Assembly: GCA_964447495.1 (NCBI GenBank) | Contig: CAYUTF010000040.1 | Span: forward strand, 1 to 27,475 | DNA from: an uncultured archaeon | Lineage (GTDB): Archaea > Asgardarchaeota > Lokiarchaeia > Sigyniarchaeales > SOKP01 | Length of the DNA: 27,475 bases | Direction: 5' to 3' | In this document: in pieces, positions 1 to 8,517 of the stretch | Layout: every line of letters starts with the position of its first letter | Numbering within the stretch: the stretch's first letter is position 1 | Notes under the pieces: generated by a model | Told to the model about the DNA's origin: nothing | Seen by the model: only the letters and a program-made list of their open reading frames with translations | Database searches by the model: none | Program-made: the position numbers and the translations under genes

Positions 1-1
1 C

Positions 2-163
2 AATGTTATCTATAAAAGGAAGAAAGTTTATGTTATCCCAAGCGAAATGATTGAATTGACCATTAATTTCGAGAAACTTGAGAAAAAGCCCGAATCTGAT
101 AATATTATAGTTGAAGTGATTCCCCGACCAGAAGTATTAATTGAAGAAGACGAGGAGTTGTAA
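2..163 (+). CDS. Partial CDS (3' end only); probably the C-terminus of an NAD(P)/FAD-dependent oxidoreductase
   Basis: Open frame from the window edge (NVIYKRKKSYVIPSEMIELTI...EEDEEL*) ending TAA at 161-163, 3 nt before the next ATG. The product is guessed from the P-x-EM motif and the usual position upstream of DUF1667 genes. Confidence 0.5.
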   Translation, partial: NVIYKRKKVYVIPSEMIELTINFEKLEKKPESDNIIVEVIPRPEVLIEEDEEL

Positions 164-166
164 AAA

Positions 167-550
167 ATGGCAGAAAGTAGTAAAAGCGTAATTAAAGTTA
201 TAAGATGTATTGTCTGTCCGACTGGATGTTCAATAAAAGTTATTGGAAAGGATAAAAAGAATGTGACTTTTGAAGGATATACCTGCAATAGAGGATTAGA
301 ATATGCTGAACAAGAATTTCATGAACCAAAAAGAATTCTTACTACTACAATGAAAGTAGAAAATGGAACTCTTCCCTTAATACCTGTAAGAACGGATAAA
401 CCCTTATTAAAAGACAAATTAACAGATGCTTTAAAAATAATTGCTCAAAGACAAATTAAGGCACCCATTAAGATGGGAGATGTTTTAATTGAGAATATTT
501 TAGATTTGGGAGTAAATGTAATAGCAAGTAGAGATTTGATAAAAGTCTAA
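167..550 (+). CDS. DUF1667 family CxxC metal/Fe-S-binding protein
   Basis: CIVCPTGC...GYTCNRGLEYAEQE..EPKRILTTT...PVRTDKP...APIKMGDV: the DUF1667 motif pattern. Confidence 0.85.
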   Translation: MAESSKSVIKVIRCIVCPTGCSIKVIGKDKKNVTFEGYTCNRGLEYAEQEFHEPKRILTTTMKVENGTLPLIPVRTDKPLLKDKLTDALKIIAQRQIKAPIKMGDVLIENILDLGVNVIASRDLIKV

Positions 551-761
551 AAATTCCTTTTCAAATTGTATAAAATTCTATAAATCAAGATTATTTAATT
601 ATATATAAATGTTAAATCCGTTAATTATTTACATTTTAATTAAAGAATTCAACATTTTTCAATATGATTTTTAATACTATTCATAGAAATTAAAAAATTA
701 TATGAAATCTGTTTCATTTGCTTTTATATTGAATTGACTTTGATATTTCAAATTTTTTATT

Positions 762-1214
762 ATGGTAGAATTAGACCAAATCTATGAAGTTCATAATAAT
801 CTCTTTATTGGAGCTTATTGGCCTCGATTAAATTTCAAAAAGTTTAAAGAATTAGGAATAACTGCGATTGTAAATTTGATGGAGGATGATCTCTATGATC
901 CAACGCCTGATGGATTTGAATATTTGTATCGTGGCTTCCCTGATGATTGGTATCCTCCACATAGTTATCTAAAAGAAATACTCGAATTCATTGATAGGCA
1001 TATTTGCAAAGGGAAAGTCTTGGTGCATTGTGCAATGGGTGTGAGTCGTTCAGGCGGTATTATCGTAGCATGGCTTCTAAAAGAACATCCAGATTGGACT
1101 TGGAATGATGCCATAAGTTATGTTTGGAAATCACGATTAATTTATCCTGCTATCGAAATTAGACAATCAATTTTAGATTATTTTCAAAGTAAAGAGGGCA
1201 AAAGACGAGAATAA
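762..1214 (+). CDS. Dual-specificity protein phosphatase (PTP/DSP superfamily)
   Basis: Active-site loop VLVHCAMGVSRSG (HCxxGxxRS), general-acid region FPDD, and N-terminal LFIG and GITAIVNL elements. Confidence 0.9.
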   Translation: MVELDQIYEVHNNLFIGAYWPRLNFKKFKELGITAIVNLMEDDLYDPTPDGFEYLYRGFPDDWYPPHSYLKEILEFIDRHICKGKVLVHCAMGVSRSGGIIVAWLLKEHPDWTWNDAISYVWKSRLIYPAIEIRQSILDYFQSKEGKRRE

Positions 1215-1246
1215 GGAACTTTTTGAGTCATGAAGTAAATTCTTAA

Positions 1247-3538
1247 GTGATTGAAATGAGAGTATTAAATGTTTTAATCGCAGGGCACGCCCAGCATGGC
1301 AAATCCAGTCTAATTGAAGCCATTAGTGGTAAATTCCCCGATAATTTAGATTTTGAATTAAATCATGGTACAACTGTATCTTTAAAAGTAATTCAATTTC
1401 TACTACCTTCCAAACAGCTTATGATCAATTTCTTAGATTCTCCGGGTCATGCTGACTTTAAAGGAGGAATTGCGTTAGGATTAGAATTTGCAGACTTTTT
1501 AGTTATTGTGGTATCTGGATCTGAGGGGTTTCAAGCAAGAACCTATTGGCTAATAGAAAAAGCGATTGAGAAGAATCTATCTGTAATATTTGCCATTACA
1601 AAAATGGATTTACCTCATATAAACGTAGAAAAAATTCTTAAGGATATTAAAAATTATGATAATTTAAAAACCAGCTCAATAGTAAAAACCTCATCAAAAA
1701 TGCTTCTTGGGATTGATGAATTAATCGATAAAATTGCAATTCAAGTTAAAAAAAGAGAAAAATCTAATGATGATCTATCATTTATAACACTTGGATTTAA
1801 CAATAAGAGAGGGATCGGAGAACTCTTATATGTTGGTATTATTTCAGGACATATCAATAACAATCTATGGATCTCAGATAAAATAAAAATAAAAAATATA
1901 TTTTCGCTGGAAGGGGCACCTCAAAAGGAAGCTCAGGAGGGTGATATTGTTCAAATCCAATTAAATGTAATGAATAATATCGATTTGGGAACAAAATATT
2001 ATAAGGGCAAATTTATATCGCCTAAATTAATAGGAACATTGTCTGAAATAGTCGCTAGAAAAGAATTTTACATTGCGATTAATGATCCTATCAAATTTAA
2101 AATAGCAATTGAAGTTCTTGAATCGATTAAAAAAGTAATTCCTATTTTTGATTATTATTACGATAGAAATGAAATAACTATCCTTACTTTGGGCGACTTA
2201 CAGTTTAAATTTTTGAAGGAACGATTAGAAGACCTAATTGATTTTGAGATTGTAGGTTCAAAAGTTAAAGGAATTATTACCATCAACCAAGCCATGAAAG
2301 CCCATCATAAATCTGCATCTGTACGGATAGTTCCACGTGTGAAAAATAAGTTAACAATTAATCGCAATGGTGTCCAAGCTACAAAATTGTATGATGTTTT
2401 AGGCGCTTCTGTGGCTTATGATGCATTTCATTTAGATGGGTTGCATGTTGATATACATTCTGGTAAAAATGAAGAAGATATTGCTCAAGCAATTACTCAT
2501 GCTATTGAAAAAGTAAAAATCATTAAAATCGTACCTTATCAAGACGTTATCGTAAAAGTTTCGAACCACCATGAACTTTTTACGCTAATTGAAAGATATG
2601 ACATAGATATTTTATATCAGTCTAAAATCAACTCCTTTTTCCTCCAAGTTAAAAATAGTTCATTCGAATCCTTTTTTAATTCACTCATGAAACTTTCTAG
2701 TGGGCAAGCTGATATCAGTTTAATCAAATTTGATTTTGAAGAAAAAGTATTATCTATAGATCCCGGAACGCGACATTTTGGCTTTTGTTTAATTGAGCGA
2801 GGGGCTTTACCATCATTGTGGCATGTTAATTTAAAGAAAAACATTGATGATAAGAGATCTCATTCAATTTCGGAAAACCAAATTAAAGATGACTTAGATA
2901 TTTTTTTAGGTAATGATAAAGAGCTAATCACAAAAATATTCATAGGTAATGGTCCTGGATCCTCTTTCATAGCAAATGTAATGATTGAGTATTTTAACAT
3001 TACTGCGGAAGAGATTGTTGGGACTGAAGCGACATTTTCTTCTAAAAATCTCCCTTCCCCTGATATTTATTTGGTAGATGAGTTCAAAACTAGTAAGGAA
3101 GCGTTATTTCACCTTCAAAAAGGAGAAATAGTTAACGAAGTTCAAGCAAAAGGATTTGTAGACCATGCTATTGCTGCTTTGTTAATTGCTCGCCGAGGAA
3201 TCAAAGGAGAAGTCTTAACAATAGATAAAAAACCCATGACAAAATTATTTGATTACATCGTTGAAAATTATTCTGGAACCCACTCCTTCTCTAGTATTCA
3301 TAATGTGAATACTCTAGCAGATCTTAAACCTGGCATGTATTTGCGTGTCAAAGATTCTTCTAAATTAGATTCTAAATTTAAAAATGGAGACATATTCTTA
3401 TTTTCTGGTTTTGGAAGAGAATATAATATTTTGTACGCAACCACACTTACAGGAAACAAAATAATCGTAAAATTTCAAGGCCTTTCGAAGTTAAAAAAAG
3501 ACTTCTTCAATATTTTTGTTCCCGTGAAACAACGCTGA
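1247..3538 (+). CDS. EF-G/EF-2-like translational GTPase fused to a YqgF/Tex-like RNase H-fold domain
   Basis: G1 GHAQHGKSS, G2 HGTTV, G3 DSPGHADF, G4 TKMD. EF-G domain II/III/V-like motifs (EAQEGDIV; LGDLQFKFLKERL; LMKLSSGQADIS). C-terminal VLSIDPG...IFIGNG...LVDEFKTS...VDHAIAALLIARR. The start may be ATG at 1256. Confidence 0.8.
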   Translation: MIEMRVLNVLIAGHAQHGKSSLIEAISGKFPDNLDFELNHGTTVSLKVIQFLLPSKQLMINFLDSPGHADFKGGIALGLEFADFLVIVVSGSEGFQARTYWLIEKAIEKNLSVIFAITKMDLPHINVEKILKDIKNYDNLKTSSIVKTSSKMLLGIDELIDKIAIQVKKREKSNDDLSFITLGFNNKRGIGELLYVGIISGHINNNLWISDKIKIKNIFSLEGAPQKEAQEGDIVQIQLNVMNNIDLGTKYYKGKFISPKLIGTLSEIVARKEFYIAINDPIKFKIAIEVLESIKKVIPIFDYYYDRNEITILTLGDLQFKFLKERLEDLIDFEIVGSKVKGIITINQAMKAHHKSASVRIVPRVKNKLTINRNGVQATKLYDVLGASVAYDAFHLDGLHVDIHSGKNEEDIAQAITHAIEKVKIIKIVPYQDVIVKVSNHHELFTLIERYDIDILYQSKINSFFLQVKNSSFESFFNSLMKLSSGQADISLIKFDFEEKVLSIDPGTRHFGFCLIERGALPSLWHVNLKKNIDDKRSHSISENQIKDDLDIFLGNDKELITKIFIGNGPGSSFIANVMIEYFNITAEEIVGTEATFSSKNLPSPDIYLVDEFKTSKEALFHLQKGEIVNEVQAKGFVDHAIAALLIARRGIKGEVLTIDKKPMTKLFDYIVENYSGTHSFSSIHNVNTLADLKPGMYLRVKDSSKLDSKFKNGDIFLFSGFGREYNILYATTLTGNKIIVKFQGLSKLKKDFFNIFVPVKQR

Positions 3539-3645
3539 TAACGTAAAACTATATTTACCTCTCGGTAGGGAATTTTTCTTTTACATAAGTTTATAATAAC
3601 CATTTTAGATTATATAATAAATTAAATATACACTTAAGAAGAGAA

Positions 3646-3987
3646 GTGAATTACTTGACTGATTTTGAAGAGAAAGTTCTTAATTTACTTGAAACGATAA
3701 ATAAAAAGCTTGATGCAATTCTAAACACAAATCCTTCTGAGATGGCTCATTTAAAGACCGAAAAGCATCAAGAAGGCTATGTAAAACCTTCTGCGGTTGT
3801 AGAAAAGCAGGAGGAAGAAGAAAAAGCTCTTGAGAAACCTCCTGTTGAAGGAAGAAGAGTTTGTCCTGAATGTGGAAATACAGACTTCAGAAATGAGGAA
3901 GACAAGTCGCAAATTATGTTTCAGCAAGGCGGGTTGAAGATTTTTAAAAAGCGCTACATATGTAAGAGATGCGGATTTGAGATGTAG
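3646..3987 (+). CDS. Small protein with an N-terminal helical segment and a C-terminal CxxC...CxxC zinc ribbon
   Basis: GRRVCPECGN...KKRYICKRCGFEM; GTG start preceded by a purine-rich tract. Confidence 0.75.
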   Translation: MNYLTDFEEKVLNLLETINKKLDAILNTNPSEMAHLKTEKHQEGYVKPSAVVEKQEEEEKALEKPPVEGRRVCPECGNTDFRNEEDKSQIMFQQGGLKIFKKRYICKRCGFEM

Positions 3988-4103
3988 TATTAGGACACCT
4001 ATCTTTTGCTGGATGAGTAGTGTTCTACATTATTAATAGAATATAATTAAATATTTTGTTTTTTACTTGGATTATATACAAGATTAAGTTAAAAGATCAT
4101 CTT

Positions 4104-4673
4104 ATGAAAAAAGAGAGAGTAATTATCTTAAGAACAGAGAAAGTCCAAAACATAAGAAACCAATTTAGGATAATATTGAAGATGTGGGTGGAGGATTTTC
4201 GAACCTCATTACGGAAGAGGGGTTTATATTTCTCTAAGAGAGGGGATTTAATTAGAGCGAGGAAATTTCAAAGTGAGTCTTCGAAATATGATTTATTAGA
4301 AGACCTTTCTATTTTAGTTTGTTTGTTTTGCGGGCACAGGGATAAGGATATGGTTTTTGTACCGAAAATGAGACAATGGCTATGTCTTGACTGTTACGCA
4401 GAGGAAATGTATTATGAAAATTTGCGAAATGAACTTGATATAAGCGAGCTTGAGTTAAGAGAGTTCTTCGATAGATTAACCAGTGATGAGGGAATTTCAT
4501 TATCTCGTTCTGGTTCAAGATGCCATGAATATCATTATTCTAAGTTAATTTTGGATCGCATGGGTATTGCAGGCGAGACGCAAAAACAATTTTTCGAATT
4601 GTGTAAACATTATGGAGGGTACTGTGACTGCGAAATATTCTTTAATGTAAAACCCCGATTCTTTGAAGATTGA
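4104..4673 (+). CDS. DUF2695-like protein with an extra central zinc finger
   Basis: C-terminal CHEY...YGGYCDCEIFFNV matches the DUF2695 GG[YF]CDCE motif; central CLFC...CLDC. ATG at 4104 preferred over the upstream TTG at 4056. Confidence 0.7.
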   Translation: MKKERVIILRTEKVQNIRNQFRIILKMWVEDFRTSLRKRGLYFSKRGDLIRARKFQSESSKYDLLEDLSILVCLFCGHRDKDMVFVPKMRQWLCLDCYAEEMYYENLRNELDISELELREFFDRLTSDEGISLSRSGSRCHEYHYSKLILDRMGIAGETQKQFFELCKHYGGYCDCEIFFNVKPRFFED

Positions 4674-4690
4674 ATTATTTTTCTGAAATA

Positions 4691-6595
4691 TTAAAAGAAT
4701 CTAGGAAATCGGCTTTTCTCGTCAAAGTCATCATCAATTGACTCAATCTCAATAATTTCTTCTTCACTTTTTTCCTTTTTATAAGGATCTTTAAACTGCA
4801 TTTTGTAGAGATGATTATATAAGCCATTAAGTTTTACTAATTCTTTATGAGAACCTTCTTCTATAATCTTTCCTTTATCCAAGACGATTATCCGATCAGA
4901 ATTTATTATTGTTGATAATCTATGAGCAATTGAAATACTTGTCCTTCCTTTTAATAAAGTCTCTAATGCTTGTTGAATTAATAGTTCACTATAAGGATCG
5001 ATTGAAGATGTTGCTTCATCTAAAATAAGAATTGGAGGATTAGATATTAAAGCTCTTGCGAATGATATTAATTGACGCTGGCCTTCAGAAAGTTTAGCTC
5101 CCCTTTCCCCTACTATGGTATCATACCCTCTTTCTAAATTCATAATAAAGTCATGAGCACTGACATTTTTTGCCGCTTCTATAATCTCATCATCAGTCGC
5201 ATTTATCTTACCATATTTAATATTATCCTTAATACTTCCAGAAAATAGAAAGTTATCTTGAAGAACAACTCCCATCGTTCGTCGTAAACTTTTGATTTTT
5301 ATGTCTTTTAGATTAATTCCATCAATTTTAATTTCACCGATAGTTGGATCATAAAATCTACTTAAAAGTTTTATGAACGTGGTTTTACCAGCTCCAGTAT
5401 ATCCTACTAAAGCTAACCGTTCATTTTCCTTTATATTTATAGTAATATCTTCTAAAACAGGATTACCCTTTTCATAAGAAAAACCTATACCTTGATATTC
5501 GATTTTTCCTTGAATATTATTAAGTTCAACGGGGTTTCTTATTTCATTTATAGATATATCTTCCTCCAATAGAGATAATATCCTTCTACCTGCAGCTATA
5601 GAATTTTGTAGCATTGTAATGAAACTTATAAGCGAAAATAAAGGTTCAAAAAACATAAATATGTAAAATATGAATGCGATTAAAGTTCCTTGAGTTAAAG
5701 ATCCTTCTCGTATCAAGACACCCGAAGCAAGAAGAAGTAATGAGATGCCAAAAGTAATTACTAAAATGATAGTACCGGGGATAAAAGCGTTTAATTTGGC
5801 AGTCTTCATTGTTGTATTTCTCTCTAATTCAGTTGCATTATTAAACTCTTCATAATTTTCATCCTCGACTGCATATGATTGGATAATTTTCATTCCCATA
5901 ATTGATTCATCCAATATACTCGTTACAGTTGCAACTCGTTCTCTCAACTCTTTATAATACTTTCTAGCTTTTCTAAATAATAAACCCGCAATTCCAAAAA
6001 AGGCAGGCACAATCAGAAACGATACCAATGTGAGCTTTGGGCTAAGAATAATCATGAACAATAGAGAACCAAAAACTAAAAAAATATTAGGTAATGAGAC
6101 TAATAAACCAGATTGGATGAGTTGTTGGATGGTATTCACATCTCCAGTTAAATAATTAATCTTTTTTCCAGTAGTACGTTTAGGACTATCATGATAATCT
6201 AATCCTAAAGCTTGAAATTTAATAAATAATTCATACCGTAAATTATACATAGTTAAAGTAGCTAATTTCGAAATGATATAGCCTTGGATGATTCGTGTTA
6301 AAACCCCTGAAATAGTAAGGATAAAAAAAAGAGTGCCAAGGGTTAAAACAACTTCAATATCGCCTCCTGTTGCGCCTATACCTCCCCCTAATCCATCATC
6401 AACAAGAATACCAAAGATTAATGGAGTAAACCAATTAACAATCACATTTAAAATAATAATTATAATTAGGATGAACATTAAATTTTTATTACTGTGGCCA
6501 ATAAAGCTAAAAAGCTTTCTAATAACTTTTAATGAACTGGTGTTATAAAGTTCCTCTCCATTTGATGAGATCTCTCTTTTTTTCTTCCATTTCAT
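4691..6595 (-). CDS. ABC exporter, fused TMD-NBD half-transporter (multidrug/lipid exporter type), subunit B
   Basis: About 6 hydrophobic segments; Walker A GYTGAGKTT, signature LSEGQRQ, Walker B ILILDEATS, H-loop IAHRLST. Confidence 0.95.
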   Translation of the reverse strand: MKWKKKREISSNGEELYNTSSLKVIRKLFSFIGHSNKNLMFILIIIIILNVIVNWFTPLIFGILVDDGLGGGIGATGGDIEVVLTLGTLFFILTISGVLTRIIQGYIISKLATLTMYNLRYELFIKFQALGLDYHDSPKRTTGKKINYLTGDVNTIQQLIQSGLLVSLPNIFLVFGSLLFMIILSPKLTLVSFLIVPAFFGIAGLLFRKARKYYKELRERVATVTSILDESIMGMKIIQSYAVEDENYEEFNNATELERNTTMKTAKLNAFIPGTIILVITFGISLLLLASGVLIREGSLTQGTLIAFIFYIFMFFEPLFSLISFITMLQNSIAAGRRILSLLEEDISINEIRNPVELNNIQGKIEYQGIGFSYEKGNPVLEDITINIKENERLALVGYTGAGKTTFIKLLSRFYDPTIGEIKIDGINLKDIKIKSLRRTMGVVLQDNFLFSGSIKDNIKYGKINATDDEIIEAAKNVSAHDFIMNLERGYDTIVGERGAKLSEGQRQLISFARALISNPPILILDEATSSIDPYSELLIQQALETLLKGRTSISIAHRLSTIINSDRIIVLDKGKIIEEGSHKELVKLNGLYNHLYKMQFKDPYKKEKSEEEIIEIESIDDDFDEKSRFPRFF

Positions 6596-6596
6596 T

Positions 6597-8405
6597 TTAT
6601 GCTCGCTCCTCCACCTTCAGAGTTAAATACATTTTTTTATAAATTCCACTTTCTTGAGCCATTAATTCCTCATGAGTCCCAATTTGAGCAATTTCACCAT
6701 TATCCAATACGATTATCCTATCTGCATTTCTTATACTTGATAGCCTCTGTGTTATTAAAAACGTTGTAGCACCTTTAAAAACTTCTTGGAAATGACTTTG
6801 TATTTTATACTCTGTGTCCACATCTACAGAGGATGTAGCATCATCTAATATTAAGATCTTCGGTTTAATTGCAAGTGCTCTAGCAATAGATATCCTTTGT
6901 TTTTGTCCCCCAGATAAAGAAGTACCTCTTTCGCTCACTTCTGTATCATATTTCTCTAATAACTCCTCTTCAATAAAGGAATGAATATCTGATGCAATAG
7001 CTGCCTTTTTAATGGCCTCTAATTCAAGTGATTTGTTTCCAAAGGTGATATTTTCTTTAATTGTGCGAGAGAACAGCATCCTGTCCTGTGAAACATATCC
7101 AATTTGTTTTCTTAGTGATTTAAAGCTAACTTTTTTAATATTTATCCCATCAATAAAAATATCTCCCATTGTAGTATCATAAAAACGTGGAATTAACTTC
7201 ACCAGTGTAGACTTTCCTGAACCTGTTGGTCCTAAAATAGCAATATTTTCTCCCGGTTTCACTTTGAAGTTAACATTTTTTAAAACATAATTTTCACTAT
7301 CTTTTTCATATTTAAAACTAACATTTTTAAATTCAATCTCTCCCTTAATAGGAGGTATGTTTATGGCATTGTTTTCTTCTCTTACAATAACTTCTGAATT
7401 GAGAACGTAAACAACTCTATCGCACGTTTCAGAAATTTGGGGCATATTACCAAGAAATCTTGATATAAAGTATAGTGGTTCAACAGAAAAATTTAAGACC
7501 ATGACAAAAGCAAACAAATCTCCAAATGTAATATCACCTTCAAGAACAAGAATACCCCCTAACAATAATACTATCAAAAATGCAATGTTATCAATAAGAT
7601 AAATAATGGGATCGAAAATTGCCTGTAATTTAATAATTTTAATAGAGTCTTTATAATAACTATCATTCTCACTTGAGAATTTCTCCAATTCATATGATTC
7701 TCTACCAAATGACTTTATAATATTAATCCCTTGAACACTCTCTTGAATAACATGCGTTAAATCAGCATATTTTTCACGAGATTTCTTAAATACTGGCCTT
7801 AACTTTCTTCGGAATTTTAATAACACATAAAACAAAGCAGGAGATATTATCAGTACAAAAAAAGCTAATTCCGCATTAATTATAAAAAGAATAATAAAAC
7901 TAAACGAAAAGGTAACACATTGTCCTATAAAGTACTGAAAATTATTACCAAGAAATTCTTTAAGAAGATTCACATCACTTGTACATTTTGAAATTAATTC
8001 TCCAGTTTTATTTTCATCAAGCCATTTAAAACTCATTATCTGAATTGTGTGGAATAAATCATTTCGTAAATTATAAATTACATTTGCGCCAATCCATCTA
8101 TTGATATAAATCCTAATTCCAAAGAGAATACCCACGATCGATTGGATTATCACTATAGTATAAAAAATAGGCAAGATATTTTCGAGTGGAATGCTCGGAT
8201 TCACTAATACATCCATTGCAGGTCCTAGAAATAACGGAAACGTTAAAAATAGAATGGATTGAATTACTCCAAATACCAAAACAATACTAAAAATAGTCTT
8301 ATATTCCCATAAATACGATAGAATTTGACGTAAGGGCGTTTTAAATTGATAAGTAAGGAACTTTTCTCTTCTTTCAAAAAAAGTAGTACTCTTCTTTATC
8401 CCCAT
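6597..8405 (-). CDS. ABC exporter, fused TMD-NBD half-transporter, subunit A (degenerate Walker B and switch)
   Basis: Walker A GPTGSGKST, signature LSGGQKQ, Walker B ILILDDATS, switch TQRL. Its stop is 1 nt from the partner's ATG. Confidence 0.95.
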   Translation of the reverse strand: MGIKKSTTFFERREKFLTYQFKTPLRQILSYLWEYKTIFSIVLVFGVIQSILFLTFPLFLGPAMDVLVNPSIPLENILPIFYTIVIIQSIVGILFGIRIYINRWIGANVIYNLRNDLFHTIQIMSFKWLDENKTGELISKCTSDVNLLKEFLGNNFQYFIGQCVTFSFSFIILFIINAELAFFVLIISPALFYVLLKFRRKLRPVFKKSREKYADLTHVIQESVQGINIIKSFGRESYELEKFSSENDSYYKDSIKIIKLQAIFDPIIYLIDNIAFLIVLLLGGILVLEGDITFGDLFAFVMVLNFSVEPLYFISRFLGNMPQISETCDRVVYVLNSEVIVREENNAINIPPIKGEIEFKNVSFKYEKDSENYVLKNVNFKVKPGENIAILGPTGSGKSTLVKLIPRFYDTTMGDIFIDGINIKKVSFKSLRKQIGYVSQDRMLFSRTIKENITFGNKSLELEAIKKAAIASDIHSFIEEELLEKYDTEVSERGTSLSGGQKQRISIARALAIKPKILILDDATSSVDVDTEYKIQSHFQEVFKGATTFLITQRLSSIRNADRIIVLDNGEIAQIGTHEELMAQESGIYKKMYLTLKVEERA

Positions 8406-8517
8406 AGATAAGTAAATTATTCATATAAGAAATATTTTATTAGTATATCAGTTCGATCATAACTGTAATTAAATTGTTAGCTAATTATAACAGATAGATA
8501 TCATCTTAAATTAAAAG

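Noticed and set aside
28-288. 86-aa minus-strand ORF
   Set aside because: Antisense shadow of the partial CDS and the DUF1667 gene; no motifs.
1247-3538. Calling the GTPase EF-2, SelB, EF-1A or IF2
   Set aside because: The G-motifs deviate, domains are reduced, and a C-terminal RNase H-fold is present; it fits none of these architectures, so no gene symbol is given.
3982-4030. SECIS element and selenoprotein read-through
   Set aside because: The hairpin lacks a correctly placed AUGA/GA core, and no TGA in the window sits at a conserved Cys position; the TGA stops checked are soon followed by further stops.
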